59,887 nt of DNA from the IMG/VR virus record IMGVR_UViG_3300019884_000065; one strand, given 5' to 3'. The DNA comes from a virus. The position numbers and the translations under genes were made by a program. Every line of letters starts with the position of its first letter. The stretch's first letter is position 1. The notes below the pieces were generated by a model. That model ran no database searches. It saw only the letters and a list, made by a program, of their open reading frames with translations, and was not told the DNA's origin. Of this stretch, positions 41,701 through 50,014 are shown piece by piece.

Positions 41701-44700
41701 AGTTTTTCTACTGACCACGTCCTATTTCGCAAACGTCGATGCTTATAGGCATCTGCGCATTAGTGAGCGTGCTGGGACAACATATTTCGAGTCGGCACCG
41801 AGTACCGCTGCTAACCCGCCGACTGAAGGCCAGTGGGTCGTCCGGCATTCTGTTGCTACAAGCACACTGCCAATCGACGTATCGTCGTGTCAGTTCGTCG
41901 CCTGGGTATACACGAACAGCGCGGGCACGGTTTCGCAGCCTGCACAGATCGATGGGCTCAACATTGCCACTGCCCCCATCACTGCGGTGGACGTACCGTC
42001 GGTTGCGGACCCGTCTTCCTTCGCGCTTGTGCCTACGGCAACGACAGCCAGGTTCGGCTACGCTAGCGTCGCCGGCCCGGTCCTGTACGCGGTTTCAACA
42101 CCTGGGACTACCAACCCCCTTACCCGTACAACGATCGCGTTGCCTGGCGCGTTTTCGCAAGCCTACGCCCCGAATACTGTGGACCTGGCTGGCTACACAA
42201 GCCAGGCCGTCCCGACCACGTACCTCTACAGCCCGACAGCTGCCACGGTATCGCTCGGACGGGTCTATGCTTCTGCTGCCCTGCCGCCGACCTATACGTT
42301 CAGCGCAGGGTTCGCCGGCGACACCGTCACGTCCTTCTCGATTGCGACTCCTGCAACATACAGTGCCGTATACGCACTGTCCACGACAAGCATAGTAAGA
42401 GCTGCTATTGCGGTGACATCCGCGGCCTTGCCAGCGGAATACACGCTCGCTCCTCAGGCTGCCACGGTATCGCTCGGACGAGTTTACACATCCGCGGCGC
42501 TGCCGACATCGTTCTTCTTCAACAACACGATTGAACCTGTTGTAGGGTTTGCTCGACTCAGCGCCGCGACTGCAAGCGCATACAGCCTGGGCGGTGTTGC
42601 CACGACAGCACGTTTCGCCAGGTTGTCTATTGCGATGCAGGCAGTCTACGATACGGCTGCGCTGCCTGCTACCGTATCGCTCGGACGGGTCTACACATCG
42701 GTTGCGTTGCCGACATCGTTCTTCCTAAACTGGACGATTGAAACTGGCTGGCAGTTCGCGCACGTTACTAGAGCGCTGCCCGCGACGTACACCGCGGCAT
42801 TCACGGCAGCGACAGACACGGCAATAGCGCAGATAGTCTCGATTGCGCTTGAAGCGGTATATAGCCATACGGCACCGAACACGGTTGACGTTATCACGTT
42901 GGCCGCGGCTGGTGCCGCACAGACCGCGACATACACCAGCATCGCGCATGAAGCGTATGCTTATGTATTGCGCCCATCGGTTGCGTTGCCTGTTGCCTTC
43001 GCCGGTGTTGTCGGGACACCTACGACGACTCGAGCTGCACGAGTTTCGTATGCACTGCCGACAGAGTTCAATACACAAGCATACCCGACGAATATTGCTG
43101 GTGCCGCGGTTGTACGGCATAGCAGCGTTGCTGAGCCCACGACGTTCAAGCTCAGTGGTGCGTGGGGCGGTAGTGCAGTCAACAGCAGCTCGATTGCCAC
43201 GGGTATTACGTATAGCCTGGCGCCGGCATTGGCTACAGCGACGCCGTCGAAGAACTCGATTGCTGTACCGGCGAACTATGCTCAGATTCCTTCGGACACA
43301 TGGTCTGGACGTGAAAGGATATCGGCAGCACTGCCTGCGACATACGCTATTGCCTCACCAGCAACGAACTCGTTTGCCTCAGTCAAGTATGTCTCTGCAG
43401 CACTGCCTACATCGTTCCTGCTCACCCCGACAGCGACGGGTGTGCGGCGCGGCTATGCGACGCCGGCAGTTTCAGCCAGGTACCTGCAAGAGGGTTGGAG
43501 TACAGCGGACTATGCAGACAGTGAAATCAAGCCACCGCTTGTCTACCCGGTGCCAGTCGTCCGGCCGGTGTTGTCCGACGCACAGTTCGATGCGTGGCTT
43601 AGCGATGAGCGTGCGCTTCGTGTTACGTTGATCGAGACGAAGTGCATTGACGCCGTGACGGGTGTGACAGAGCTTGTGTACTTCGCATCGCATGGTTTCG
43701 TCACGAAATATGAAGATGGTTCGCCAACATTCTATGCGCCGCTGATGCGCGGAGGTCTTGATTTCGCGCAGACACTCGATCTTGATTTAAGCGGCAACGA
43801 ATCGTATGGTGACATCGAGCTAGACAATTCAACAGGTGAGCTTGATTGGATGTTTGACCGCGTGTGGCTCTATCAAGAGTTCAAAGCCTACATCGGTGAT
43901 GCACAGTGGCCTCGTCGCGACTTCCGGCAAATCTTCGATGGCACGATTGAAGACATTGATAGCAGCCAGCGCGACACCGTGAACGTGCGGCTGCGCGATA
44001 AACTCTATCGCCTCGAGATGCCGCTGCACGAATATAAGATGCTAGGCGGCGGTCCCAATCTGGATCGGCTTGTTCCGTTTACGGTCGGCGAGTGCCACAA
44101 CATAACACCGTTACTGTCGAACGCGAACACGTTGACTTATGTATGGCATCCGAGAAGCGCGGAAAAGAATATCGAGGTGCGGGACAATGGCATCCCTGTG
44201 TCGTTCACTGAGGTTGTCGGCGGCTTCACGTTAGCCAAGCAGCCCTATGGCCGCATCACATGCAGCGTGCAAGGTGACAGAGTCACGACGGGCTATTTCA
44301 GCACAGGCTACACCAACACCGTTGGCAAACTCGTGTTGCACATGATGCTTGAGTGGGGTACGGAAGTCGCTCATCGTTTCACGATCAACGATATTGACAT
44401 CGACAACTTCACCGCGTTCGAGGCTGCCAACAAATATGCTGTCGGATTGTATTCAACAGAGCGGTTAACTGTGCGCGCTGCATGTCAGCAATTAGCCGCG
44501 TCCGTAGGTGCACGCCTTACGATGACAGCGCTCGGTAAAGCGCAACTCGTGAAGCTGCAACTGCCGCCGCCAACGACGCAGCCAAATCTATTGTTCAATG
44601 GTGACTTCTCGTCGGGCATGAGCGGCTGGTCGTATAGCGGCACGTCCGGTGGCATCGTGGAAGCAGCATCGGGCATCAACCTCAATGAGGTATGGTATCC

Positions 44701-45595
44701 ACCGGGCAAGTATGTATTCTGGATGCGTCAGGATGGATCGAAGAACAATCAGAACTCTTACATCGAGTATATCGGCAAGGCAATTCCTGTCGAGGCGAAC
44801 AAGCGATACACCATCAGCGCCTACACGGGCGCACACCGCTGCAAGGTTCAGATTGTCTTCTGGGAATACAGCGCGACGGGTGTACTGCTTCGTTCGTCTG
44901 TGCAAGTTCCATCGGCGTTCAACGAAGGAGACTTCCAAGGCGGCAATACGATGGCCGCTTTCAAGCACGTTTTCGATTATGCGACAACGGGTGCGGACAC
45001 AGCGTATATCCGGCCGCTGATGCGCAAGTGGGATACCTATGCTGGCGCGGTGCCGTTCGACTCTTATATGTTCGTCACGGACGTTGTGATCGAGAGTTCA
45101 GATAACGTGAACGCGTTGATCGAGGTAGGTGAGTCGGACATGGTGTCGGGTTCTCTGCACATTGCGGACCGTTTGCCCATTGTGCCAGGTGCACGCCTGG
45201 GCTACTGCAAGAATTGGACAGTGCAAGAGGACACTGCGCAGGGTGTGCCAGAAGATCACAAGGCAATGTATGCGCGAGAGTGGCTGAGCGTTCTTGTCAC
45301 TGAGCCAGCGCTCCGCGACAAGTATGAGGTGTGGGGTGAGCCAGAGCAGGAAAACTGTTTGCTGCTTGAAAGTGCAAGTGCCACGACAGAATGTAGTCGT
45401 CGTGTGAACTTGCGCTCGACGCAGCGTCACATCTATGAATACATTGGCTTTGCGAACCTCATGTTCACGCCAGTAGGCGCGCCCATGAAGCTAACTCACC
45501 GGCGTTTCAATTTGTCCGGCGGCAAGATCGGACAAGTTGTTTCGGTCGCTGTAAACTGGCAAACGTCCCAGGTCACAATCAGGGTTCTAATCTAA
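38759..45595 (+). CDS. Giant multidomain tail/fibre protein (2278 aa)
   Basis: A single stop-free ORF. It contains A/T/P/S/V-rich periodic repeats, a tandem ~190-aa domain duplication, a ConA/LamG-like segment, a conserved tail-protein-like core, and a CBM4_9-like segment (NLLFNGDFSSGMSGWSYSG). Confidence 0.85.
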   Translation: MATIFHQGGFGTTSANVVNTPSYPVTFTPAADTLLVVFIGVSGNITPTENVVSNIGGLTFTKVPGSDVTNTDDLRKSSMWVANQLTTAVSTTISYVSNIAHTSGYVEVFGISGMSRVGLDAVRQIATAQTPAFNTAITATFPGPALTTNPLAIGFNATQGSGNPTVASAGWETVAGALWSTNSPASRYISYWRSGGFSAASEVMPSYGSPRSAVMIELDASPSGPVGANTPSTADTQVFEPMVPFAAADIVTKFSAALAVTPAYVVAGAAATSTVTRAPVLTTSVADPAVFAATPTAATATVSKVYTSVALPFAHATTLIASKDHVATGAAPFTHVPMAPADATGTKAIGIVNIESIALPAVYLATPSLATSSRQAYSIATPYTYSATPAATVSTAARVFISSADATVFAPLVPTPTNVNLTSAASPASFALVPSLIDVFFSGVTSLYCITDPTIDSPPGALRATNLPRALNNVAPGSAIEGTLSSFWGGVGNVVDRVVTSQATTAQQSHFFGRFTSRPLAAQTIHAQNWNYAFVVAAANLDANTYFWPVMYVWRPSTQQVVGHIFDAAANASTAWPATITTAPTRNIPGARVEAQEGDLLIVECWAVSTSSTGIARLQTWRMTANTSRIISQYKLLYKPTSILYFRADAPPVSPTAGEKATYLPLAQNVNWSGIANEGLLSETMVQAPVGRTISTIATTNPQSLYYGRHSSLPLAAQTIPAQNWGWEVSCGTTHANCHIWHWPVLYVWRPSTQQVVQYILNASADTGAEWRVGVDPLLNQQFAGESATVEAGDILVCEVWGVARQSAATSYGPMVWTTAINSSLVSPFKLEYYTGVTAITSNAAPATYELVEADATGTITLPTRALIETFQENFEAGPDPEKWTVVNWDGSVAFTGGVGVFTVTNGIAGAQALAESKPYFDLRGSGVFARLVQPFRQVGDPPDNDFSFGVKSPGNNTVAFSFSTSGRLRIIKFTNGVWGEVFLLTTSYFANVDAYRHLRISERAGTTYFESAPSTAANPPTEGQWVVRHSVATSTLPIDVSSCQFVAWVYTNSAGTVSQPAQIDGLNIATAPITAVDVPSVADPSSFALVPTATTARFGYASVAGPVLYAVSTPGTTNPLTRTTIALPGAFSQAYAPNTVDLAGYTSQAVPTTYLYSPTAATVSLGRVYASAALPPTYTFSAGFAGDTVTSFSIATPATYSAVYALSTTSIVRAAIAVTSAALPAEYTLAPQAATVSLGRVYTSAALPTSFFFNNTIEPVVGFARLSAATASAYSLGGVATTARFARLSIAMQAVYDTAALPATVSLGRVYTSVALPTSFFLNWTIETGWQFAHVTRALPATYTAAFTAATDTAIAQIVSIALEAVYSHTAPNTVDVITLAAAGAAQTATYTSIAHEAYAYVLRPSVALPVAFAGVVGTPTTTRAARVSYALPTEFNTQAYPTNIAGAAVVRHSSVAEPTTFKLSGAWGGSAVNSSSIATGITYSLAPALATATPSKNSIAVPANYAQIPSDTWSGRERISAALPATYAIASPATNSFASVKYVSAALPTSFLLTPTATGVRRGYATPAVSARYLQEGWSTADYADSEIKPPLVYPVPVVRPVLSDAQFDAWLSDERALRVTLIETKCIDAVTGVTELVYFASHGFVTKYEDGSPTFYAPLMRGGLDFAQTLDLDLSGNESYGDIELDNSTGELDWMFDRVWLYQEFKAYIGDAQWPRRDFRQIFDGTIEDIDSSQRDTVNVRLRDKLYRLEMPLHEYKMLGGGPNLDRLVPFTVGECHNITPLLSNANTLTYVWHPRSAEKNIEVRDNGIPVSFTEVVGGFTLAKQPYGRITCSVQGDRVTTGYFSTGYTNTVGKLVLHMMLEWGTEVAHRFTINDIDIDNFTAFEAANKYAVGLYSTERLTVRAACQQLAASVGARLTMTALGKAQLVKLQLPPPTTQPNLLFNGDFSSGMSGWSYSGTSGGIVEAASGINLNEVWYPPGKYVFWMRQDGSKNNQNSYIEYIGKAIPVEANKRYTISAYTGAHRCKVQIVFWEYSATGVLLRSSVQVPSAFNEGDFQGGNTMAAFKHVFDYATTGADTAYIRPLMRKWDTYAGAVPFDSYMFVTDVVIESSDNVNALIEVGESDMVSGSLHIADRLPIVPGARLGYCKNWTVQEDTAQGVPEDHKAMYAREWLSVLVTEPALRDKYEVWGEPEQENCLLLESASATTECSRRVNLRSTQRHIYEYIGFANLMFTPVGAPMKLTHRRFNLSGGKIGQVVSVAVNWQTSQVTIRVLI
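40414..41019 (+). repeat. Intragenic domain duplication in the giant tail gene
   Basis: gtgtggcgtccatcgacgca occurs at 40414-40433 and at 41000-41019. The encoded segments ...PLAAQTI.AQNW...YVWRPSTQQVV... align over about 190 aa. Confidence 0.8.
42242..42750 (+). repeat. Three intragenic direct repeats (about 210-220 bp period) in the giant tail gene
   Basis: The core ccgtatcgctcggacg recurs at 42242-, 42461- and 42671-. The last two copies extend about 80 bp, encoding ATVSLGRVYTS.ALPTSFF.N.TIE. Confidence 0.8.
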
Positions 45596-46104
45596 TGGCC
45601 GTCACAGTTAACGAACGCGACAAGATCATGCAGACATCGCCTGCGCGCATAGTGCCAGTGCAGCCTGCAGATCAAATTGTCGTGGAAGGGTATACCGGCA
45701 TCAAACTGGTGAGCGATGTCTCTATCTGGAATGCAGCACCGGCATCGTCGCCATATCGCATTCAACCCGGTAATGGTCTGCAACGCGAGACGCTATCAGT
45801 GCAGCTCACCGGCATCGCGCCGGGTACAGCTATCACATGGGAAATAGGAAGCTATGCACAGGCGTGGAATGAAGCGACGCAAAGTTATGTGATCACATGG
45901 TTCTCGGTGACGCCGGTGACGGATCATGGCATTCTTCTTACACCGGGCGGCAATCCAAACATGGTGCGGACCATCGAGATGACTAGCTATCCGCGCTCAC
46001 AGGCTTTCCCAGGCAAGTACGGCACTTTCAACGGCGGTGTGCGCGTTAGAGCAATATGGGCAACTAAGTTATTCGAAAGCGTCAAGGGCATCATTCAACA
46101 CTAG
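45595..46104 (+). CDS. Hypothetical tail protein (169 aa)
   Basis: Track ORF. Its ATG shares one base with the giant gene's stop (TAATG). Confidence 0.6.
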   Translation: MAVTVNERDKIMQTSPARIVPVQPADQIVVEGYTGIKLVSDVSIWNAAPASSPYRIQPGNGLQRETLSVQLTGIAPGTAITWEIGSYAQAWNEATQSYVITWFSVTPVTDHGILLTPGGNPNMVRTIEMTSYPRSQAFPGKYGTFNGGVRVRAIWATKLFESVKGIIQH

Positions 46105-46111
46105 GATCATC

Positions 46112-46966
46112 GTGAGCAATATTCGCATCGTCTGGGACAACGCAATCGACCGCGCCACGCTTGCTGCGTCGAGTGAGTCCGGCTCACTCGTGGCCGCTAA
46201 CCTGTTGTCGAACCTCAAGGCTAAGGTCTGGCGCTCTGTCAACACGAACGCCGGTGTTGTCTGTACCTGGCCAAAGCCCGAAACAGTGAGCTGCGTCGTG
46301 GCAGCATTCAACAACCTCACCGCACAGGCCACTATGCGCGTCTTCGGGTACACATGGGAGACAGACCCAATGCCTGTGTTCGACACCGGCGCAGTCGAGT
46401 GTGCAGCGGCTCCGGGCTTAGGACAGTTCATGTGGGGTGCCCCATTGGGCGAGAATTTCTATCAGCGTGGCGGTGCCTCTCTGTTCGCCTACGGCTACGG
46501 TGGCTATGGGGTTGTCTGGATACCTGGCAACTATGCCGTGCGCAAACTCGAGGTTCACATCTTCGACCTGGACAATCCCGACACCTATCTCGAGGTCGGC
46601 AGGTTGATTGCCGGTCCGGTCTGGTCGCCGCGGTACAACTTCAACTTCGGACACAGCGTCACCTTCGTGGACTCAAGCAAGAACAAGCGCACTGAGTCCG
46701 GCGACTTGCGCGGTGAACGTGGACCGAAGTGGAAGCGCATTGAGTTTGAACTTAGCAACATGGACAGCGAAGATCGTGCGGCCATGCTACGGCTTATAAG
46801 ATTGAACGGCGTAACGGAACCGTTGTTCGTTAGTCTGTTCCCGGAGAGCGACGACACACTGCTCGAGCAGAGTTATCAACTGTGGGGCAAGTTCGCCGAC
46901 AACGCATCACTGTCTCAGCCCAATTATGATGTCTATGCTACACGAGTAGCGATGGAGGAAGTGTGA
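46112..46966 (+). CDS. Hypothetical tail/baseplate-like protein (284 aa, GTG start)
   Basis: Track ORF 46037..46966 trimmed to the in-frame GTG at 46112, after AGGAT, to avoid a 68-nt overlap. Confidence 0.55.
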   Translation: MSNIRIVWDNAIDRATLAASSESGSLVAANLLSNLKAKVWRSVNTNAGVVCTWPKPETVSCVVAAFNNLTAQATMRVFGYTWETDPMPVFDTGAVECAAAPGLGQFMWGAPLGENFYQRGGASLFAYGYGGYGVVWIPGNYAVRKLEVHIFDLDNPDTYLEVGRLIAGPVWSPRYNFNFGHSVTFVDSSKNKRTESGDLRGERGPKWKRIEFELSNMDSEDRAAMLRLIRLNGVTEPLFVSLFPESDDTLLEQSYQLWGKFADNASLSQPNYDVYATRVAMEEV

Positions 46967-47364
46967 TGGCTACACGCCCCTTTGAATATGGTCGCAGAGA
47001 CTACATCTCGAGGTTGAATGATATCTACAACTCCGGCCTCCCGCGCGTGCGTGCTGACCCAGCGGACCCAGACTCGCCCGGTGTTGATGTCTCGGCAAGT
47101 AGACAGATGCGTCTGGGCGACAACGGCTGTATCGTCGATGTCAGAGCGAGCTGCACCATTACCTTTCATGCGGAGTGCCTTGTGGATGGCTTTTCAATCT
47201 TCGTCAATGCTATTGCAGGTACGGCGACCATCAACCCTGTTGCCGCTGGCGGTGTGACCTTTGTCGACGGCACAGCAACGAACAAGACGATCACTGCCGG
47301 CAACGCCGCAATCATCTCGAGTAACGGTATCGGCTTCCGTATCTTTCGCATGTCTGCGGTGTAA
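46963..47364 (+). CDS. Hypothetical tail protein (133 aa)
   Basis: Track ORF, with a GTGA start-stop overlap with the upstream gene. Confidence 0.55.
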   Translation: MMATRPFEYGRRDYISRLNDIYNSGLPRVRADPADPDSPGVDVSASRQMRLGDNGCIVDVRASCTITFHAECLVDGFSIFVNAIAGTATINPVAAGGVTFVDGTATNKTITAGNAAIISSNGIGFRIFRMSAV

Positions 47365-47373
47365 GGTCACATC

Positions 47374-49377
47374 ATGTCTCGTCGTCCCTTCTCGACTAGT
47401 CCGATCAAGCCACCGCGTCCATGGTTCCCGGAGAACGCTCCGCCGACGAACACTGTTCCGTCTGGGCAGACCGGGTACGTGAGTTCATCGAAGTATTTTA
47501 CGGAGGCCGGTGGCAACCGGCTACTGCTGCGCGACGTCGATACGCCACTGGTAACGGCTACATTGACGACGACGAACGGGACACTCTCGGTTGTTCAGAA
47601 TCCAGGTGTGATTGTTTCGCACAATGGGACAAATCGGGTCATCGTCGTCGGCTCAGTGGACAACATCAACAGGGCCATGAATGGTATGCGTCTGGACCCG
47701 GAGACGGGATTCAGTGGCACTGCGGTTGTTACTCTGCGTACCAGCGACGGCCATACACCTATCTCGAACAGCTTCACCGTCGCAATCTCCGGTGTTGCCC
47801 CGCCGCCGCCTCCGCAGCCGCCAATGAATTATGTTGACCCTGCTGCAAGGTCAACGGCGTACGAAACCAATTACACGTTCCCGGCGAACAGCATCAGTGT
47901 ATACGATGCAGACTCGCCGAACGTTACTGTGACGCTTGCCGTGACGGGCGGCACCGCAGCGATCTACACCGCGGGCGGCTCGGTGCTTACTGGCAACGGT
48001 TCGCCTAACGTCACAATCTCTGGCACGCAGGCACAGGTCAACACCGCACTCAACTCGATGGTGTTCATGCCGACAACGACCTTCTCTGGCGTTGCACGGA
48101 TTACGATGACGACTTCGGACGGTTCACTTACCGATAGCGACGTCATCCAGATTGTTGTGCGCTCACCTGCATTGGCCCCGACCAATATTGTCCCAGGCCC
48201 GCAAGTCACGCCAAGGAATACGCCGCTTCAACTTCGTGCATATCCTAACAACACTGAATTCAGAGTCGCCTCTGCATACAAGCCATCGTTGGAAACAAGG
48301 TTCAAGTGCTTCAACGGGACATTGAAAATCGAAATTGGCGGAACACAGGGTGCGCTTCTGGCAGACGGTTTTCCTGCCAAAATTGTCTATGGCTATTGGA
48401 CCTATTGGAGCACGCAGGTCATTACAGAAGTGACAATGAGTATGTATGCCATCGGTTTGCTCAGTATGCGCAACTCGGGCAACGGGTTGGACAACGGTGC
48501 TGTGTCGTGGCCGACTCCTGGCTGGCCGTTGGCACTCGATGTGCAGACGGTCCGGGCACGCGGACAGAAGGTGCTTGTTGTCATAGGAGATGACACGCAC
48601 AAGTTCTATTACACGACGCGTCAGCAATCGACAAACCTGTTGAATTCAATCAGAGAGTACGCCAACGCGTTAGGCGGCATCGACGGCATTGACTTCCAAT
48701 GCTTTGATGGTGCTCCTGTAGGCACGTTGCTCGGGCCAGAAGCAATCTATATTGCGCAGCAGTTGAGAGCGGAATACGGACCAAACTTTGCGATTGTGTT
48801 GTCGTTCCGTGGGTGGAATGAGCCCATGAAGAATTTGGCAATCGCACTATTTAACGCGAACTGTCTGACATGGCTTCAGTGTCTATATCTTGATTGGTCG
48901 GGAAACAAGAACGCGACTGCGGTGATCAATACGACTCAGATGATCTTCAATGACACGGGTATAACCGGGACGAAGATGGTTCTAGGTTTGTCGTCTAACT
49001 ATGACTACGCAAACAACCTGACTCTTGCGGAATGCACGCGTGAATGGGACGCAGCCGTTACGGCAACACCGTCGCTGCGTGGCGTAGGCTGCTTCACCAC
49101 TGAGACAGATGCGATGGCTCCGTCCTATGGGGCATTCGCGGGCACATTTAAGAATCAAAAATTCGGGGTCGCTGGTGTGGCTCCACAGGGACCAGGCATC
49201 ACGGGACAAGACACGAAGGAAGTTGTCGCCGTTGGAAACTTGAGTCAGATCAATTATGCAATTGGCTGGATGACCTACACGCCGGACCCGGCTTACTTTG
49301 GTTCGGACACTATCACGATGACGACGAGCGACGGCACGCTGTCGGACGTGGATACGATGCCGATCACAGTGACGTGA
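47374..49377 (+). CDS. Putative receptor-binding protein: cadherin-like repeats flanking a GH18-like TIM-barrel that lacks the catalytic Glu (667 aa)
   Basis: Three repeats of the type ...G(T/S)...INxALNxMxFxPxxxFSGxAxITMTTSDG... are present. The central segment carries KIVYGYWTYW, KVLVVIGD, IDGIDFQCFDG and KMVLGLSS in GH18 strand order, with Gln (codon 48697-48699) where DxxDxDxE has Glu. Confidence 0.5.
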   Translation: MSRRPFSTSPIKPPRPWFPENAPPTNTVPSGQTGYVSSSKYFTEAGGNRLLLRDVDTPLVTATLTTTNGTLSVVQNPGVIVSHNGTNRVIVVGSVDNINRAMNGMRLDPETGFSGTAVVTLRTSDGHTPISNSFTVAISGVAPPPPPQPPMNYVDPAARSTAYETNYTFPANSISVYDADSPNVTVTLAVTGGTAAIYTAGGSVLTGNGSPNVTISGTQAQVNTALNSMVFMPTTTFSGVARITMTTSDGSLTDSDVIQIVVRSPALAPTNIVPGPQVTPRNTPLQLRAYPNNTEFRVASAYKPSLETRFKCFNGTLKIEIGGTQGALLADGFPAKIVYGYWTYWSTQVITEVTMSMYAIGLLSMRNSGNGLDNGAVSWPTPGWPLALDVQTVRARGQKVLVVIGDDTHKFYYTTRQQSTNLLNSIREYANALGGIDGIDFQCFDGAPVGTLLGPEAIYIAQQLRAEYGPNFAIVLSFRGWNEPMKNLAIALFNANCLTWLQCLYLDWSGNKNATAVINTTQMIFNDTGITGTKMVLGLSSNYDYANNLTLAECTREWDAAVTATPSLRGVGCFTTETDAMAPSYGAFAGTFKNQKFGVAGVAPQGPGITGQDTKEVVAVGNLSQINYAIGWMTYTPDPAYFGSDTITMTTSDGTLSDVDTMPITVT

Positions 49378-49709
49378 TGTGGGAAGACATCCAACAATGG
49401 GGTTTGCGTCTAGCCGGTGTTGCCGGTGCTTTGGTGTCGATGCGATTTGTCAGCGGCACGCTTTCAGAGCGCATTCCAATGTTTATCGGCGGTGCGTTCT
49501 TCTCGTTCTATGCTACTGAGTGGACAGCACAGTGGCTAGCGCTGCCTGAAGGGCTCACCGGCTTCTTGCTTGGCTTGTTCGGTATGTCGGTGCTCAATCG
49601 TGTGTGGGAGTGGATGCAGGCAACAACTGTTGTGCGTGATTTTCTCGATGCGTGGTTTCGCAAAAGCACACCGCCACCATTGCCCCCGAAGAAGGACGAC
49701 GAGCGATGA
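49374..49709 (+). CDS. Holin-like membrane protein (111 aa)
   Basis: It has 2-3 hydrophobic helices and a charged C-terminus. It is the first gene of the lysis cassette and has a GTGATG start-stop overlap (4 nt) with the upstream gene. Confidence 0.55.
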   Translation: MMWEDIQQWGLRLAGVAGALVSMRFVSGTLSERIPMFIGGAFFSFYATEWTAQWLALPEGLTGFLLGLFGMSVLNRVWEWMQATTVVRDFLDAWFRKSTPPPLPPKKDDER

Positions 49710-50014
49710 GCGACTACTTCACTGAACCTAACTTCACGGCGCTGTGCTGGTTGTTCGTTGGCATCTCTGCCATTGTTGCAGAGTTCGCTGGCGCTGTGCG
49801 CAAGACAGTCGCGGAATGCATTGCGTTAGGTGTCATCAGCCTGGGCGCGTTCTCGCGGGCTTACTATGTGTTCATGCGACAAGAGATACTGCCTGACGGC
49901 TTTTGGATTGCAGTCGCGCTCGCGTTCTACTGCCTCACGATGTGGTACAAAATGCTGTGGGTCGTTCCGCATCGTCCTGACTACAAGCCGCCGCGCAAGT
50001 CGAAGTTCTACTGA
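49706..50014 (+). CDS. Membrane protein (102 aa, about 3 TM helices), second lysis-cassette gene
   Basis: Track ORF 49652..50014 trimmed to the ATG at 49706 (ATGA overlap). Confidence 0.55.
   Translation: MSDYFTEPNFTALCWLFVGISAIVAEFAGAVRKTVAECIALGVISLGAFSRAYYVFMRQEILPDGFWIAVALAFYCLTMWYKMLWVVPHRPDYKPPRKSKFY

Noticed and set aside
42242-42750. Possible diversity-generating retroelement (template/variable repeat pair) in the tail gene
   Set aside because: No reverse transcriptase gene exists anywhere in the genome. The differences between copies are not confined to adenine positions as far as I can read. It is better explained as an intragenic domain repeat.
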